DNA from: Eledone cirrhosa
Taxonomy: Eukaryota
Length of the DNA stretch: 64,000 nucleotides
Direction: 5' to 3'
Assembly: GCA_964016885.1 (NCBI GenBank)
Contig: OZ024757.1
Span: 38,688,001-38,752,000, forward strand
Shown here: positions 1 to 12,424 of the stretch, piece by piece
Position numbering within the stretch: the first letter of the stretch is position 1
How the letters are laid out: every line of letters starts with the position of its first letter
Program-made: the position numbers and the translations under genes
Notes under the pieces: model-generated
The model's input: only the letters and a program-made list of their open reading frames with translations
Told to the model about the DNA's origin: nothing
Databases searched by the model: none

Positions 1-58
1 ACAACCATGATTAGTGGTTTCCTCTGTCTCAACACCGCCGATTCTCTCTCTTTCTCTC

Positions 59-91
<33 letters not shown>

Positions 92-243
92 GATTATCTT
101 GGCCATGATATTATGAGCCGCCGGGTATCGAGCTCTGTCTTACGATCGTAGACAAACACACAAAACCGCAAAGCTTTCACACACACATTCGCGTTTTTAT
201 TTATATACACATGAAATACATACATACATACATACATACATAC

Positions 244-377
244 AGAAGTGGTTACACAACAGTTAGTTCACCATACCAAGAACAATTATTCTGTTGTGTA
301 ACCACTTCTACCTAACTCGTCCCCTGGACTGAATGCTCTACCACTACGGATATTACCTTCCAGTATTCTACCACTAC
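244..377. mobile_element. Short fold-back element (family G) between microsatellites
   Basis: AGAAGTGGTTACACAACAG (244-262) is the reverse complement of CTGTTGTGTAACCACTTCT (291-309); one-sided tail to ~377; flanked by (CATA)n and (TA)n. Confidence 0.55.
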
Positions 378-397
378 ATATATATATATATATATAT

Positions 398-637
398 ATT
401 TATTAAAATAACAGATTAAAGTTTAAGCAAAGAATCGCTGCTTTCACCCTTAACGGGATCTTCTGAAAGTTCAGAAGTTTCAGAAGATTCCGTTAAGAGT
501 GAAAGCAGTGATTCTTTGCTTAAACTTTAATCTGTTATTTTAATAAATATTTGCTCTATGATTCTTATATATTTGATATATATTGATCCTTATCGAGCCC
601 TCTTTGGATTTTAGTCTTCAAATTTGTTATTATTACT
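398..637 (+). mobile_element. Family A fold-back element, Penelope-like pLTR derivative with variant hammerhead motif
   Basis: Inverted arms ~398-468 and ~478-550 plus tail; same sequence at 2481, 7749, 44657, 50576, 59151; motif AGTTT-CAGAAGA-...-GAAA-GCA..TGCT-T-AAACT at 476-526; (TA)n flanks. Confidence 0.7.
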
Positions 638-644
638 ATATATA

Positions 645-1036
645 TCTTTATATATATGAAAGCGAGGATCTTTGTGTCTGTGTACAACTTTGGTTACCTA
701 AGGCTTTTACAATTACCAAACAAATTTGACCAAATGTTCTGTGCACGTTGCAAAGGTCGCTAAGATGGTCACATCACAAACATTTTTCCAATCGACCCAC
801 GTTGAGCAATAACAAATCAATATCAAAATTATCGGTAGCAAAATTGATGTAAGGGAGATAACCAACTTTATTGACAATCCTTATAAAAAAGGGAGATAAC
901 CAACTTTAATGACAATCCTTATAAAGAGACCGCTTATTTTGACATGTTGGGGACAAATAATGCTCTTCTTTTACTTCCTAGCTGTATATTCAGAGCATAA
1001 TATCAAACCCCGAGCAACGCCGGGTAAATCTGCTAG
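645..1036 (+). mobile_element. Non-autonomous Helitron
   Basis: A|TC 5' end (645), subterminal GC-rich hairpin CCCGAGCAACGCCGGG, then CTAG|T (1033-1037); no TSD; internal ~38 bp direct repeat (AAGGGAGATAACCAACTTTA.TGACAATCCTTATAAA) at ~851-926. Confidence 0.7.
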
Positions 1037-1134
1037 TATATATATACATATATATGTGTGTGTGTGTGTGCGTGTGTTTTATATACACACACACACTCAC
1101 ACCTCATTTCAACTCCATATTTCATTTTCCTTGT

Positions 1135-1700
1135 TCTCGCTCTCTCTCTGTGTCTGTTAATTTCTCTCACATTTCTTTCTCTCTCCTCCACTCTTTCTCT
1201 CAGCCTCTTTTCCTCTCTCTCACCCTGTCTCTCTCCTCACTCACACACACACATATGCATACATACGTACATACACACACATATATATATCAAACCCTGC
1301 CTTTCTCTCTCTCACCCTATCTCTCTTCATCTCTCTCTGTTGCTCTCACATTTTCTTCCTTTCTCCTCGCTCTCTTCCTCTCTCCCCCCCCCTCCCTCTC
1401 TCTCTCCATCCCTCCCTCCTTCTCTCCTCTCTCTCTCTCCCTCTCATTATACCGCTCTCCCCCTCTCTCTCTCTCCATCTATTCTATATTTTTTCCATTA
1501 TATTACATCACCAAATTACACAGTAAAATTCTAAGAGTTCTCTTTTCAATGTTTTATTCGTTAATTCCTTTCCCTTTACCTTTTCATTCTTTCATTCTTT
1601 TTTCTTTCTTCCTTCCCTCCTTTCTTCCTTCCATCCTTTCTCTTATCATTTCTTTCTTTCCAATTTCTTTACTATCACTATTTCCTCGTTGTTTGCCGCC
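1135..1700. repeat. Degenerate (TC)n/polypyrimidine low-complexity tract
   Basis: CT-rich sequence with a (CA) insert; source of the 261 aa Leu/Ser/Phe ORF. Confidence 0.85.
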
Positions 1701-2130
1701 TACTTCTATTAAGTTAGATTATTCAAAATTAGTCCTTATTCATTCCCATGGTAATCCTTGGCAAGAAACTAGTACAGTTTCTACCTGCAACATTAACAGA
1801 TTCGCATATCATAGCTTTATAACTTCTCTCTCTTACTAAATTATTTCTCTTCAGTACCTCTGTTTATTTTATATGTGAAATGTGTGTGTGTGTGTGTGTG
1901 AAACAGACATCCATCGCAATCATGAATGACTTCATAGTATGTACCACGACTTAGCAGAGGGTTTTTTTTATGGCCAATCAGCCGTGAGCAGACACACATG
2001 TACATCAACACACATACACATACATATACATACATACATACATACATGCATATAGTTTCACTTTAGCGTATCTTCAGTGTTCTACCTCTTTCTACATACA
2101 TATATATATATCGAGAGAGAGATATATGTA

Positions 2131-2340
2131 CATATTTGAAAAAAAAGGAAAATAATGACTTCACTTGTAGTTCTAAACAATTTGATTTAATTTTATAATA
2201 TTATAATATTATGAGTTGGCAACTCATAATAATATAATAAAATTACATCAAATTATTTAGAACTACATGTGAAGTCATTCTTTTCCCTTTTTCTGCAAAT
2301 ATACCTAACGGTACCAAGGATCTCACATATTTTCCAATAT
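2131..2340. mobile_element. Fold-back element (family C)
   Basis: ~85 bp imperfect arms centred on ATGAGTTG-G-CAACTCAT (2211-2227), e.g. AATGACTTCACTTGTAGTTCTAAA / TTTAGAACTACATGTGAAGTCATT; tail on right; (TA) flanks. Confidence 0.65.
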
Positions 2341-2449
2341 ATATATATACATCCAAATAGCTTGAGAGGTCTTCCTATGCCCGCCTTCCTTATATTGCGT
2401 CGTTTGCTTTATCACAGTTTACACACACACACACACACACATACACGCA

Positions 2450-2480
<31 letters not shown>

Positions 2481-2486
<6 letters not shown>

Positions 2487-2599
2487 TAAAATAATAGATT
2501 AAAGTTTAAGCAAATAATCGCTGCTTTCACCCTTAACGGGATCTTCTGAAACTAAAAAAGTCAATCTGTGAACGCTGAAGTAAATATTTCAAAACACGT

Positions 2600-2603
<4 letters not shown>
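2481..2603 (-). mobile_element. Family A copy (single arm, complete variant hammerhead motif)
   Basis: Reverse complement aligns with 50551-50665 including the distal stem I strands. Confidence 0.7.
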
Positions 2604-2690
<87 letters not shown>

Positions 2691-2695
<5 letters not shown>

Positions 2696-2828
2696 GAAGC
2701 TTTCGCCGTGTGTTGACTACGGAAACTATCAGGGTAATTTTCTTTGTTCAAAATACAGCGGAGGCTTCTATTTCTAACTCAAATTCAAACTTTGTTCGCT
2801 TTCCTCAAATCAGAAAGTTTGCCATTTC
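2691..2828. mobile_element. Degenerate fold-back element (family E)
   Basis: AAATAGAAGCTTTCGCCGTGT.. pairs with ..ATACAGCGGAGGCTTCTATTT; tail to 2828; between (GA)n and (TA)n. Confidence 0.45.
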
Positions 2829-2898
2829 ATATATATATATATATAACCAAAATAGAGCACTCTTTTTTCCTGGACCTTTCCGACGGAATTACTTCATT

Positions 2899-2938
<40 letters not shown>

Positions 2939-2942
<4 letters not shown>

Positions 2943-3216
2943 TAAACGGAATAGAAAATGCTGACAAATTGTTCACAGTTGAAAAATGGTTTAATTAGGA
3001 ATAAAAGAGTATTAGTGATTGTATGGGTTAGTATTCAGTTGTGGTTTTAAGTTTTAAAAACTTAAAAACTTAAAACCACAACTGAATACTAACCCATACA
3101 ATCACTAATACTCTTTTATTCCTAATTAAACCATTTTTCAACTGTGAACAATTTGTCAGCATTTTCTATTCCGTTTACCAATATATAATAACTTGTGTGT
3201 TACACCTCTATTCTTT

Positions 3217-3220
<4 letters not shown>
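2939..3220. mobile_element. Fold-back element (family D) with ~117 bp apparently perfect inverted repeat
   Basis: 2939-3055 is the reverse complement of ~3065-3181; short AAAAACTT duplication at the centre; diverged single-arm copy at ~50847-50963. Confidence 0.8.
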
Positions 3221-3262
<42 letters not shown>

Positions 3263-3265
<3 letters not shown>

Positions 3266-3465
3266 CGAAGGAAATGTGGTAAGGAACCAGATGGACCATA
3301 ACGCACCAAAGTATTCAATACTTAGGGTAGTAGAGTGCGTGATAGGAACAAGTAGGACCCCGACGGCTGAGCTCAAGCCGTTTCGACGGCTAATTCTGGA
3401 CTAAATATTTTCCAGAATTAGCCGTCGAAATGGCTTGAGCTCAGCCGTCGGGGTCCTACTTGTTC
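3263..3465 (-). mobile_element. Family B fold-back element carrying the 3' half of a hammerhead
   Basis: Arms GAACAAGTAGGACCCCGACGGCTGAGCTCAAGCCGTTTCGACGGCTAATTCTGGA and its reverse complement; copies at 6922, 15451, 29982, 32271, 50998, 57631. Confidence 0.75.
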
Positions 3466-3474
3466 ATATATATA

Positions 3475-3516
<42 letters not shown>

Positions 3517-3984
3517 TAAATTTAGCGTGACTCGCATTTAGGCAGGTAGATATATATATGCGTGGATATATAGGTTGATAGATATATAGATAGATAGATA
3601 GATAGATATGAGAAATAGAGAAAGTTAGGGAAGCAATACATTATCGTTGAAGAATAGCGATGTTAAGAAACCAAAGTATACGTTTCCTTCAATTTAAATA
3701 AATAGTCTTAGATACTATTGAAATACTGAGATACCATTGAATGACACCATGATGTTGTTATATATTATCAAGTTACACTGCCGTGTGTATGACAGCGAGA
3801 AGAAAAAGCGTTAGAAAACGTGATTTTTCTCGATAACAATTTTTCTAACATAAAACAAATACTTTTTACAGATGTTTTAAAATATTGTTTTGATATGTAT
3901 GTGGCGCAATTACACACACGCACACGCAGACACACACACATACATATAAATATATATGCGCGTGCGTGTTTCTATATCGTGGCG

Positions 3985-4249
3985 CGATTACATGTGTGTG
4001 TATATATTTATGTGAATATATATGTCTGTGTGTGTGCATATATATATATATGTATGTGTATGTGGATCTATATGTATGTATGTATATATATGTGTGTATG
4101 TATATATATGTATGTGTATGTATGTATGTGTATGTATATGTATGTATGTGTATGTATATATATGTATGATGTATGTGTATGTATATATATGTATATATAT
4201 ATGTATGCATATATATATGTATATATATATATACATGTGTATATATGTA

Positions 4250-4282
<33 letters not shown>

Positions 4283-4319
4283 TTACATGTATATCTATGC
4301 ATATATATGTATTTGTATG

Positions 4320-4350
<31 letters not shown>

Positions 4351-4463
4351 GTGTATGTTTATGTATGTGTATACATATGAATGTATATATGTGCATTTTT
4401 ATGTATGTGTATGTTTTTATATGCATATATATATAAAAATACCATACATATATATATATATAT

Positions 4464-4515
<52 letters not shown>
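3985..4515. repeat. Compound (TA)/(TG) microsatellite
   Basis: Direct reading. Confidence 0.95.
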
Positions 4516-4517
<2 letters not shown>

Positions 4518-4989
4518 TCTGATGATATTTTATTCATATATGAATGCAAAGCATATCATACAGAAACATTGGAGAAAATAATGTCACAAACATTAATTCC
4601 ACAAATATTACAAATCAAACTGGTTTTATTAATACGAAGAAAACAATGCCGGCAACTAATGCGGTGTATTGCTTTCACATTCCTAATCTGATCTCCATAT
4701 ACACACACATAATTATGTATATATAACTGACTAGATTCTCAGATATTGTATTCGTGTTTGAAATCAAATTATAAAAGTCAAAAGAGACCTTTAAATAATT
4801 CATGATTTACAACTCAATTAGACTAATCATAATTAACTAACCAATACCTTATTAAGAATGCAAAGCTTTCCACGAAAGTGTCATTAATTTCAGAATTTAC
4901 ATCAACTTTACATGTTTAAGTAACTAGCAGAAGCAACTTGGATTACATATTATGTCTGTGATAATATGTATATCTATCGCTCTCTATTT

Positions 4990-5610
<621 letters not shown>

Positions 5611-6230
5611 ACCGTCTGTAGATGTGTATGGATGAAAACCTCTTCTAATATTCCTTAAACATCGATTAGATTGGAAGAAAGTTAAATATATTAACGTATT
5701 ATAACAGAAACAAACAAAAATACCATAAAACAGTACAAAATAAACCAAAATAATATAAACCAAACAATAGACTATAAATATATAGCCAAGTTAAATGTCA
5801 TTTAATTATATCAGTTGTATATTTTATTCTAATAAACTTCAATGTAAGATAAATTTATTTGAAGAAAATGCATAAAACCTATAAGACATATAAACGATTT
5901 TTTTCTTCTCAATCTCAGATAATATAAATTGTATGTATTCTAGTTTGACCTTTCCATCGGGAATGTTTTTTAATTTATTTTCTATTATGTTGTTATAGAG
6001 TTATTCCATATAACTCTAGGCATATATAATTATCAGTATTATAATAATATTGTGTATTTTTGATACGAGATAGATGTAGCAAGTTCATTAAACATATACT
6101 ATTTTCTATTTATTTTTGTTTTGCTATTATTTCAAACAGTTAATAAATACTTATGTGTATATCTTGTATGAATATGTATACAATATACGCATATACACGC
6201 TTATACAGATGCACAAAAACTCAGTCACTG

Positions 6231-6335
<105 letters not shown>

Positions 6336-6548
6336 TGAACTTTTAAAGCCAAGGGAAGCATATTTAACTACACACACACGCACACACATACAGACACACA
6401 CACACACATACACACAGATACATATATATTAACGTGTGTAAGCTTGTAAAACGAGGTAAGCACAATTACCTACAAATATATGCTTACATACACAATTGTG
6501 TGTATGAATATGTATTTCTTTCTACCAGTATCTTGGTATATATGTATG

Positions 6549-6581
<33 letters not shown>

Positions 6582-6921
6582 CCTAGATTGTAATGGCAGG
6601 GCAAGCATAATTACCAAGAAATGTGTGTGTGTGTGTGTGTGTGTGTATCTTTTGGGGTTGTTCATTACGTGCATAGATCCGATAATGTTAGACATTCTGT
6701 TTATACAACGAAGTTGTATTACATATTCCGATTATTAAACCTTACACTAGCTTAAATATATATTGCATTTAAATAACACACACACACACATGCACCACAC
6801 ACACCGCACCACACACACACCACACACACATCCATATATGTGATTTCCTTGGAATAAAACAGTCCTAGACCTGAAGAAGCCATCTCTCTCTATATATATA
6901 TATTTATGTATATATATATAT

Positions 6922-7024
6922 AGGAAAAAGTATACTTTTTCCTATTTCCCACTCTACTACCCTAAGTATTGAGTACTCTGGTGCGTTATGGTCCATCTGG
7001 TTCCTTACCACAATTCCTTTGTTA
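6922..7024 (+). mobile_element. Family B truncated copy with a 20 bp terminal palindrome
   Basis: GGAAAAAGTATACTTTTTCC palindrome followed by the family B tail (CCCACTCTACTACCCTAAGTATTGAGTACTCTGGTGCGTTATGGTCCATCTGGTTCCTTACCAC). Confidence 0.7.
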
Positions 7025-7026
7025 TA

Positions 7027-7065
<39 letters not shown>

Positions 7066-7068
<3 letters not shown>

Positions 7069-7252
7069 AGGTAATTCCGAAGGAAAAGAAGGAAAAAATA
7101 GTGCTCTATGTATAGAACAGAGCTATTTAATTAGAAAGTAAGCAACAGGAAATATAACTACTCCATTACCAAAGGTTTCTAGATCCCAGACAACATTAAT
7201 ATGTCTGGATCCAGAAATATTTGTTAATAAAGTTACATTTTGTGTTGTTCAC

Positions 7253-7260
<8 letters not shown>
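7066..7260. mobile_element. Degenerate fold-back element (family F)
   Basis: Arms ~7130-7192 and ~7202-7260 (ATTAGAAAGT../..ACTTTCTAAT; GATCCCAGACA/TGTCTGGATC); tail resembles the reverse complement of 2845-2892. Confidence 0.55.
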
Positions 7261-7284
<24 letters not shown>

Positions 7285-7285
7285 G

Positions 7286-7331
<46 letters not shown>

Positions 7332-7748
7332 AATAGATATATATATGTATACAGGACGTGGTATTAGATCTTCATTTCGTTTATTGATGTGTACCGTGCG
7401 TTTCATAATCGATTTGTATCGATCGAGCCCGACTCTGGAATCAAAAGCTCGTCGGACTTTAGAGAACCTCTGCTGTAGTCAAAGCTATATTTTATCTGTC
7501 ATTTTCTTCTTTGATTCCCTATAACTCTCATTGAACAAGGCTGCTCTAATAATGGTCAGCCTGGTGGTAATTTGACAGCTGAAGGAAGCTTTCATGGTAA
7601 ACACATCTATCCTAAAGGTTGGACACAGCCATAAACCATTTAACCTTTCAGCGTCGAACCTAAATCCAGGTATATGATAATATATTCATTGCTATAAATC
7701 TGCTTTATAAACATGTATATATATGTTTATGTGTGTATATATATATAT

Positions 7749-7957
7749 AGTAATAATAATATATTTGAAGACTAAAATCCAAAAAGGGCTCGGTAAGGAT
7801 AAATATATATCAAATATATAAGGACTGTAGAGCAAATATTTATTAAAATAACAGATTAAAGTTTAAGCAAAGAATCGCTGCTTTCACCCTTAACAGAATC
7901 TTCTGAAACTAATCCAGCGATTCTTTGCTTAAACTTTAATCTGTTATTTTAATAAAT
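7749..7957 (-). mobile_element. Family A fold-back copy
   Basis: Reverse complement of the 478-637 arm plus tail, with a shorter inverted arm at ~7915-7957. Confidence 0.75.
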
Positions 7958-7979
7958 ATATATATATATATATATATAA

Positions 7980-8048
<69 letters not shown>

Positions 8049-8147
8049 AGTATGTGTGTGTATATATGTGTGTGTATATATCTGTGTGTGTGTGTATATA
8101 TATATATATATGTATATATATGTTTGTATATATATTTTATATATATT

Positions 8148-8668
8148 ATGTCAGGTCACATGTATCCCAGTACAACCTATCTCATGGTCGGGTCGTTGGC
8201 GACTAAACTGGCAACCCCACCAAGGTTTCTTGGTGAGGAGGGTGACTTTGGACATCCTGCAGGACTAAAAACAAAACCTGTCAAAGGGCAAAGGAGCTCT
8301 TAAGAGTCAATGGCCATCCAACATCACCGGGAGAGATGACCCCTTAGCCTTTGTCAAGGCATAATTGTAGGAGACGGAAAACTCTGATAAAAGAGAGTGG
8401 GACTGGCTTTGTGCAGTGCCTTTGCTCACTATAAAAGCTTCACGTCACAGGCATTGCTTTATATCTGGAGATCTCTCTGCACTTGTCGTCACATGGTACC
8501 ATGGGCCCAGCACCATGTGTCAATAATTGTCACACGTGTAGTGTTTGTACCATAGTTGTCAAGTCGCTAACTGGACTAAAAAGTCACACTCTTTCAGCGC
8601 ATCGGTGGGGGTTCTCCTACATGGATATAACATAGTGGCCGTACTCGAAAACGAGTTGGCAGCCACCA
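8148..8668 (+). mobile_element. Family K non-autonomous retroelement (RTE-related, inferred)
   Basis: Close copies at 33627-34207 and 56585-57111; GGAGA.GGAAAACTCTGA motif recalled from RTE 5' UTRs; 3' stem-loop GTGGCCGTACTCGAAAACGAGTTGGCAGCCAC then microsatellite tail; 3' end duplicated at ~8809-8847. Confidence 0.7.
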
Positions 8669-8849
8669 TATATATTATGTTATATGTATGTGTATGTATC
8701 TATATGTATGTGTATATGTATGTATGTATGTATATGTATGTATGTGTATATGAATGTATATATAAATGTATGTATATAGGTATGTATGTATGTATATATA
8801 TGTATATAAAGTAGTGGCCGTTCTCGAAAACGAGTTGGCAGCCACCATA

Positions 8850-9635
8850 TGTATTATATGTATATATATATGTGTGTATGTATGTATGTATGTATGTATA
8901 TGTATGTGTATGTATGTATATGTATGTGTATATGAATGTATATATAAATGTATGTATATAGGTATGTATGTATATATAGATATATGTATGTATGTATATA
9001 TAGATATATGTATATATGTATATATAGATATATGTATATATGTATATATAGATATATGTATATATGTATATATAGATATATGTATATATGTATATATGTA
9101 TATATAGATATATGTATATATGTATATATGTATATGTATATATGTATATATAGATATATGTATATATAGATATATGTATATATAGATATATGTATATATG
9201 TATATATGTGTATATAGATATATGTATATATGTATATATAGATATATGTATGTATGTATATATAGATATATGTATATATATATATATAGATATATGTATA
9301 TATATATATATAGATATATGTATATATATATATATAGATATATGTATATATGTATATATAGATATATGTATATATGTATATATAGATATATGTATATATA
9401 GATATATGTATATATAGATATATAGATATATGTATATATAGATATATGTATATATGTATATATAGATATATGTATATATGTATATATAGATATATGTATA
9501 TATGTATATATAGATATATGTATGTATGTATATATAGATATATGTATGTATATATAGATATATGTATGTATGTATATATAGATATATGTATATATGTATA
9601 TATATATATGAATATATGTGCAGTATATGTACATA
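8850..9635. repeat. TATG/TAGA compound micro-minisatellite
   Basis: Repeating GATATATGTATATATGTATATATA-type ~24 bp units. Confidence 0.95.
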
Positions 9636-10639
9636 TACGTTATAAATGGATTATATACAATTTATTAAGCATGTCAAGAAAAGTGGGATAGGCAGTGTGT
9701 CCGACATTTGCAAGCTTTAGTGGCATACCTTATGGCAGTTTTACGGCCATTATAGAATAATCGCTTGTGTTCATTTTGCGTTGAAATATACAAGCAAACA
9801 TTGGGAAAATTTCGAGAAAAATTTCGGATTCGTAGAGAACGCTCCATAAACATTTCCCTGATTGATTTATAGCCCGGTAAGCCATTTGATTCTTCAATGG
9901 AACAGATCCGTTTTTTGATGTGAGGTTGAAAAGTTATGTTCGAATTTAACAATCGCGTTCAGAAATTCTTCTGACACCTAATAACCTCCTAGCAATCTTC
10001 TTTCAGATTTATCTCTACGGACAATCGTTCAATTTCTAATCTGTTCCATAGTATCTAATGCGTTTCTCTTTTCTTTTTCTTCGTTTGTTGTGGTTGTTGT
10101 TGTTGACTCTCATATAGAAAGCTGTAGTTGTTGTGATATATTAGATATAAGTCTGCCATTATCCTATCCAATAACACAAAGCCTTATATGATAACTTCAA
10201 TTATACTTAAGGCAGCCATATCATTCTTACTAATTACATACTTTTTTTTTCCTTCTCAATACAATTCATATATTCGAACTATTCATTCCTGTACAATGTT
10301 GAGGTGGCAACAAGTTGAAATATATCCATTTCCTGCTATTTCTCTTATCAGTGTTTATTTTTATGTTGGGCTGGTGAATTAGATTGTGTATATTGAACGA
10401 GAATATCGGGCAAACAACGTTTTATGCTTAACGTTAATGCAGCTTATTCGTTATTGTACGAGATTTACTATATAATATTTTAACTTGGAAACAATGAAGG
10501 GAAAACATACGAATATATATTTTGTGAATATATAATTCTATAATCATAATCTTCGCACTAGTCTAATGAAAATAATTTATCATTTATGTTATAAAAGTAA
10601 AATAAACGACCACCTTAAACCATGGTTGTCTACAGGTTT

Positions 10640-10737
10640 TGCATTTCGTATGGGAAAAAAATAGTTTCGGCCTAGGAAAATTTCTGTTGACGAACTGCTT
10701 TCAGGAACGAAATAAGTTCGTGAAACGAGGTTTGACT
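10640..10737. mobile_element. Possible pogo/Tigger-type DNA transposon end
   Basis: GAACGAAATAAGTTCGTGAAACGAGGTTTGACT resembles the reverse complement of CAGTCGAACCTCG-type TIRs; no partner TIR seen. Confidence 0.3.
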
Positions 10738-11859
10738 CCACAAGAGTTTCGACTGATTCAATTCACTGTATTCAATTAAAAGCCAATTATTATTTAGTTA
10801 AAAAAATAAAAAACGCAGTATTGAAAGGGTTAACAAGGGAAGGTTGCGTTGAAGAATGGAGTGTAGATATATAAACAGACGGGAATTTCATGGCTGGAAA
10901 TCTTTTTTGTTTATTGGAATTTCTGTATTACTGGAGCAGCGCATGAATGGCGTGGGGAGGGTTTAAATGACTGAAAGAATCTCATATTCTATATAGCAAT
11001 AAACTGAATTCTATTGGAAGGTTGATGATGTTTAACAGACCCAGACGGTTTTATACATAGCAATATAGATATAAACACAAAGAAATATGCTTTATGTGTG
11101 TATTCGTATTTCGCCTTTTCCATATCCCGTAACATTTTGATGTGTTCGTTTGAATAGACACGCCGGACACCGGAAATTAAATTTGCTACGCGTTACTGAC
11201 TCCATTGAGTAGGCGTTAAACTACTAATATTCATCGGAGTTACAAAGCCAGAAATATTGCTAAGATTGAAAATGCTAACATTTTAAATTCGTGTAATTTA
11301 AAAGGTCAGTAAAAATGTAATTGAAAGTTCTCATATAGTGAACTGAATTCTTGTCTCGTTCAAAATTAGTCGTTATTTAAAATCAATATTACCATATATT
11401 TTACTTGACTTAAATATCATTTATTTTTAAAAATGGTGGATTTGCAAAGTGTTGACAATCGTGCTTTTTCGATAATCATTTACAACTGAAGGGAAATGTG
11501 TAAGCTTTAATCGGTAATTGAATTCGTGCAAGTGGTGAAAATCAGTAAAGTTGTGCCAGTGAGACGTACGGCATTTATTTAAAACCACTTTGATCCAAAC
11601 ACGCGTGAAAATGCTTCTGGTTCTTCGATAAAAAAAAATTGTTTATTTTATAGATTTTTATATTTATCTAAACACATTTCATCATAAGTTTACAACGGAC
11701 CATTTTATTTGTGGCATATTCCACCATGCTTTATAACGAAAATGTTTGTAAATGTTTGTTTTTTTAACTTTTTGAAAATCATATTCAGTGTATTTGAATG
11801 CTTGTGTGTAGTGTCACTGTCTCACAATTTATAACCACATGACTGGCATTTTTTGCCAC

Positions 11860-11990
11860 TCAAAGAGCTTTTTTTTCAAATGTTCTTCGTACAATAGTAT
11901 TCAGGAAAGTGGAATTAACGTTTTCCGGCTGTTGTGTAACATAATCAATTGTCCACTGGAACTTTTCTTGCAAGCCCTCTGGGGAAATAT
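11860..11990 (-). CDS. Putative terminal coding exon of an unidentified gene: (D)ISPEGLQEKFQWTIDYVTQQPENVNSTFLNTIVRRTFEKKAL*
   Basis: Acceptor TCTTCAACTCAG|, phase 1, open to TGA at 11860-11862; complex sequence; followed by ~2 kb nearly microsatellite-free region with minus-strand AATAAA motifs (e.g. ~11704, ~11574). Confidence 0.55.
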
Positions 11991-12085
11991 CTGAGTTGAA
12001 GATAACTATAACTATTTTGCCATCAATCTTTAGGACAGATACGCAAAACGCTAATGAGCGCTTCTTTTTTACAGTCTGATCAATT

Positions 12086-12132
<47 letters not shown>

Positions 12133-12233
12133 ATGATTTAATACTGAGATTTTACACAAAAATAGTAGCCGTAAGGGTTTTCATTTCCTTGACGAATATG
12201 ATTTTCATCAATCCTTTATTTATAGGAACCTAA

Positions 12234-12424
12234 GGGCGGTGGATTGGTAGTATCGGTAGAGGGTCGGACGCCATGCTTTGACACACCGAGTTACGGCCTT
12301 TTATAGTCTGAGTTCAAATCCCACCGAGGTTAACTTTGCCTTTCATCCATCCGGGGTCGATAAAATTAAGTACCAGTAATAGACTGGGATAATTGCTGGC
12401 CTTGTGCTCAAAGTAGAAACAATT
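12234..12424 (+). mobile_element. Major tRNA-like SINE (octopus type)
   Basis: GAGTTCAAATCC B-box followed by conserved GAGGTTAACTTTGCCTTTCATCC..GGGGTCGATAAAAT.AAGTACCAG; more than 12 copies in the window. Confidence 0.85.

Noticed and set aside
2052-2088. Minus-strand CTGAAGA..GAAAC motif
   Set aside because: Truncated by a microsatellite; no cleavage triplet or stem I partner.
9674-9952. 92 aa ORF with an FPNV motif, hAT-like
   Set aside because: Only a 4-residue resemblance; no ERxFS motif follows.
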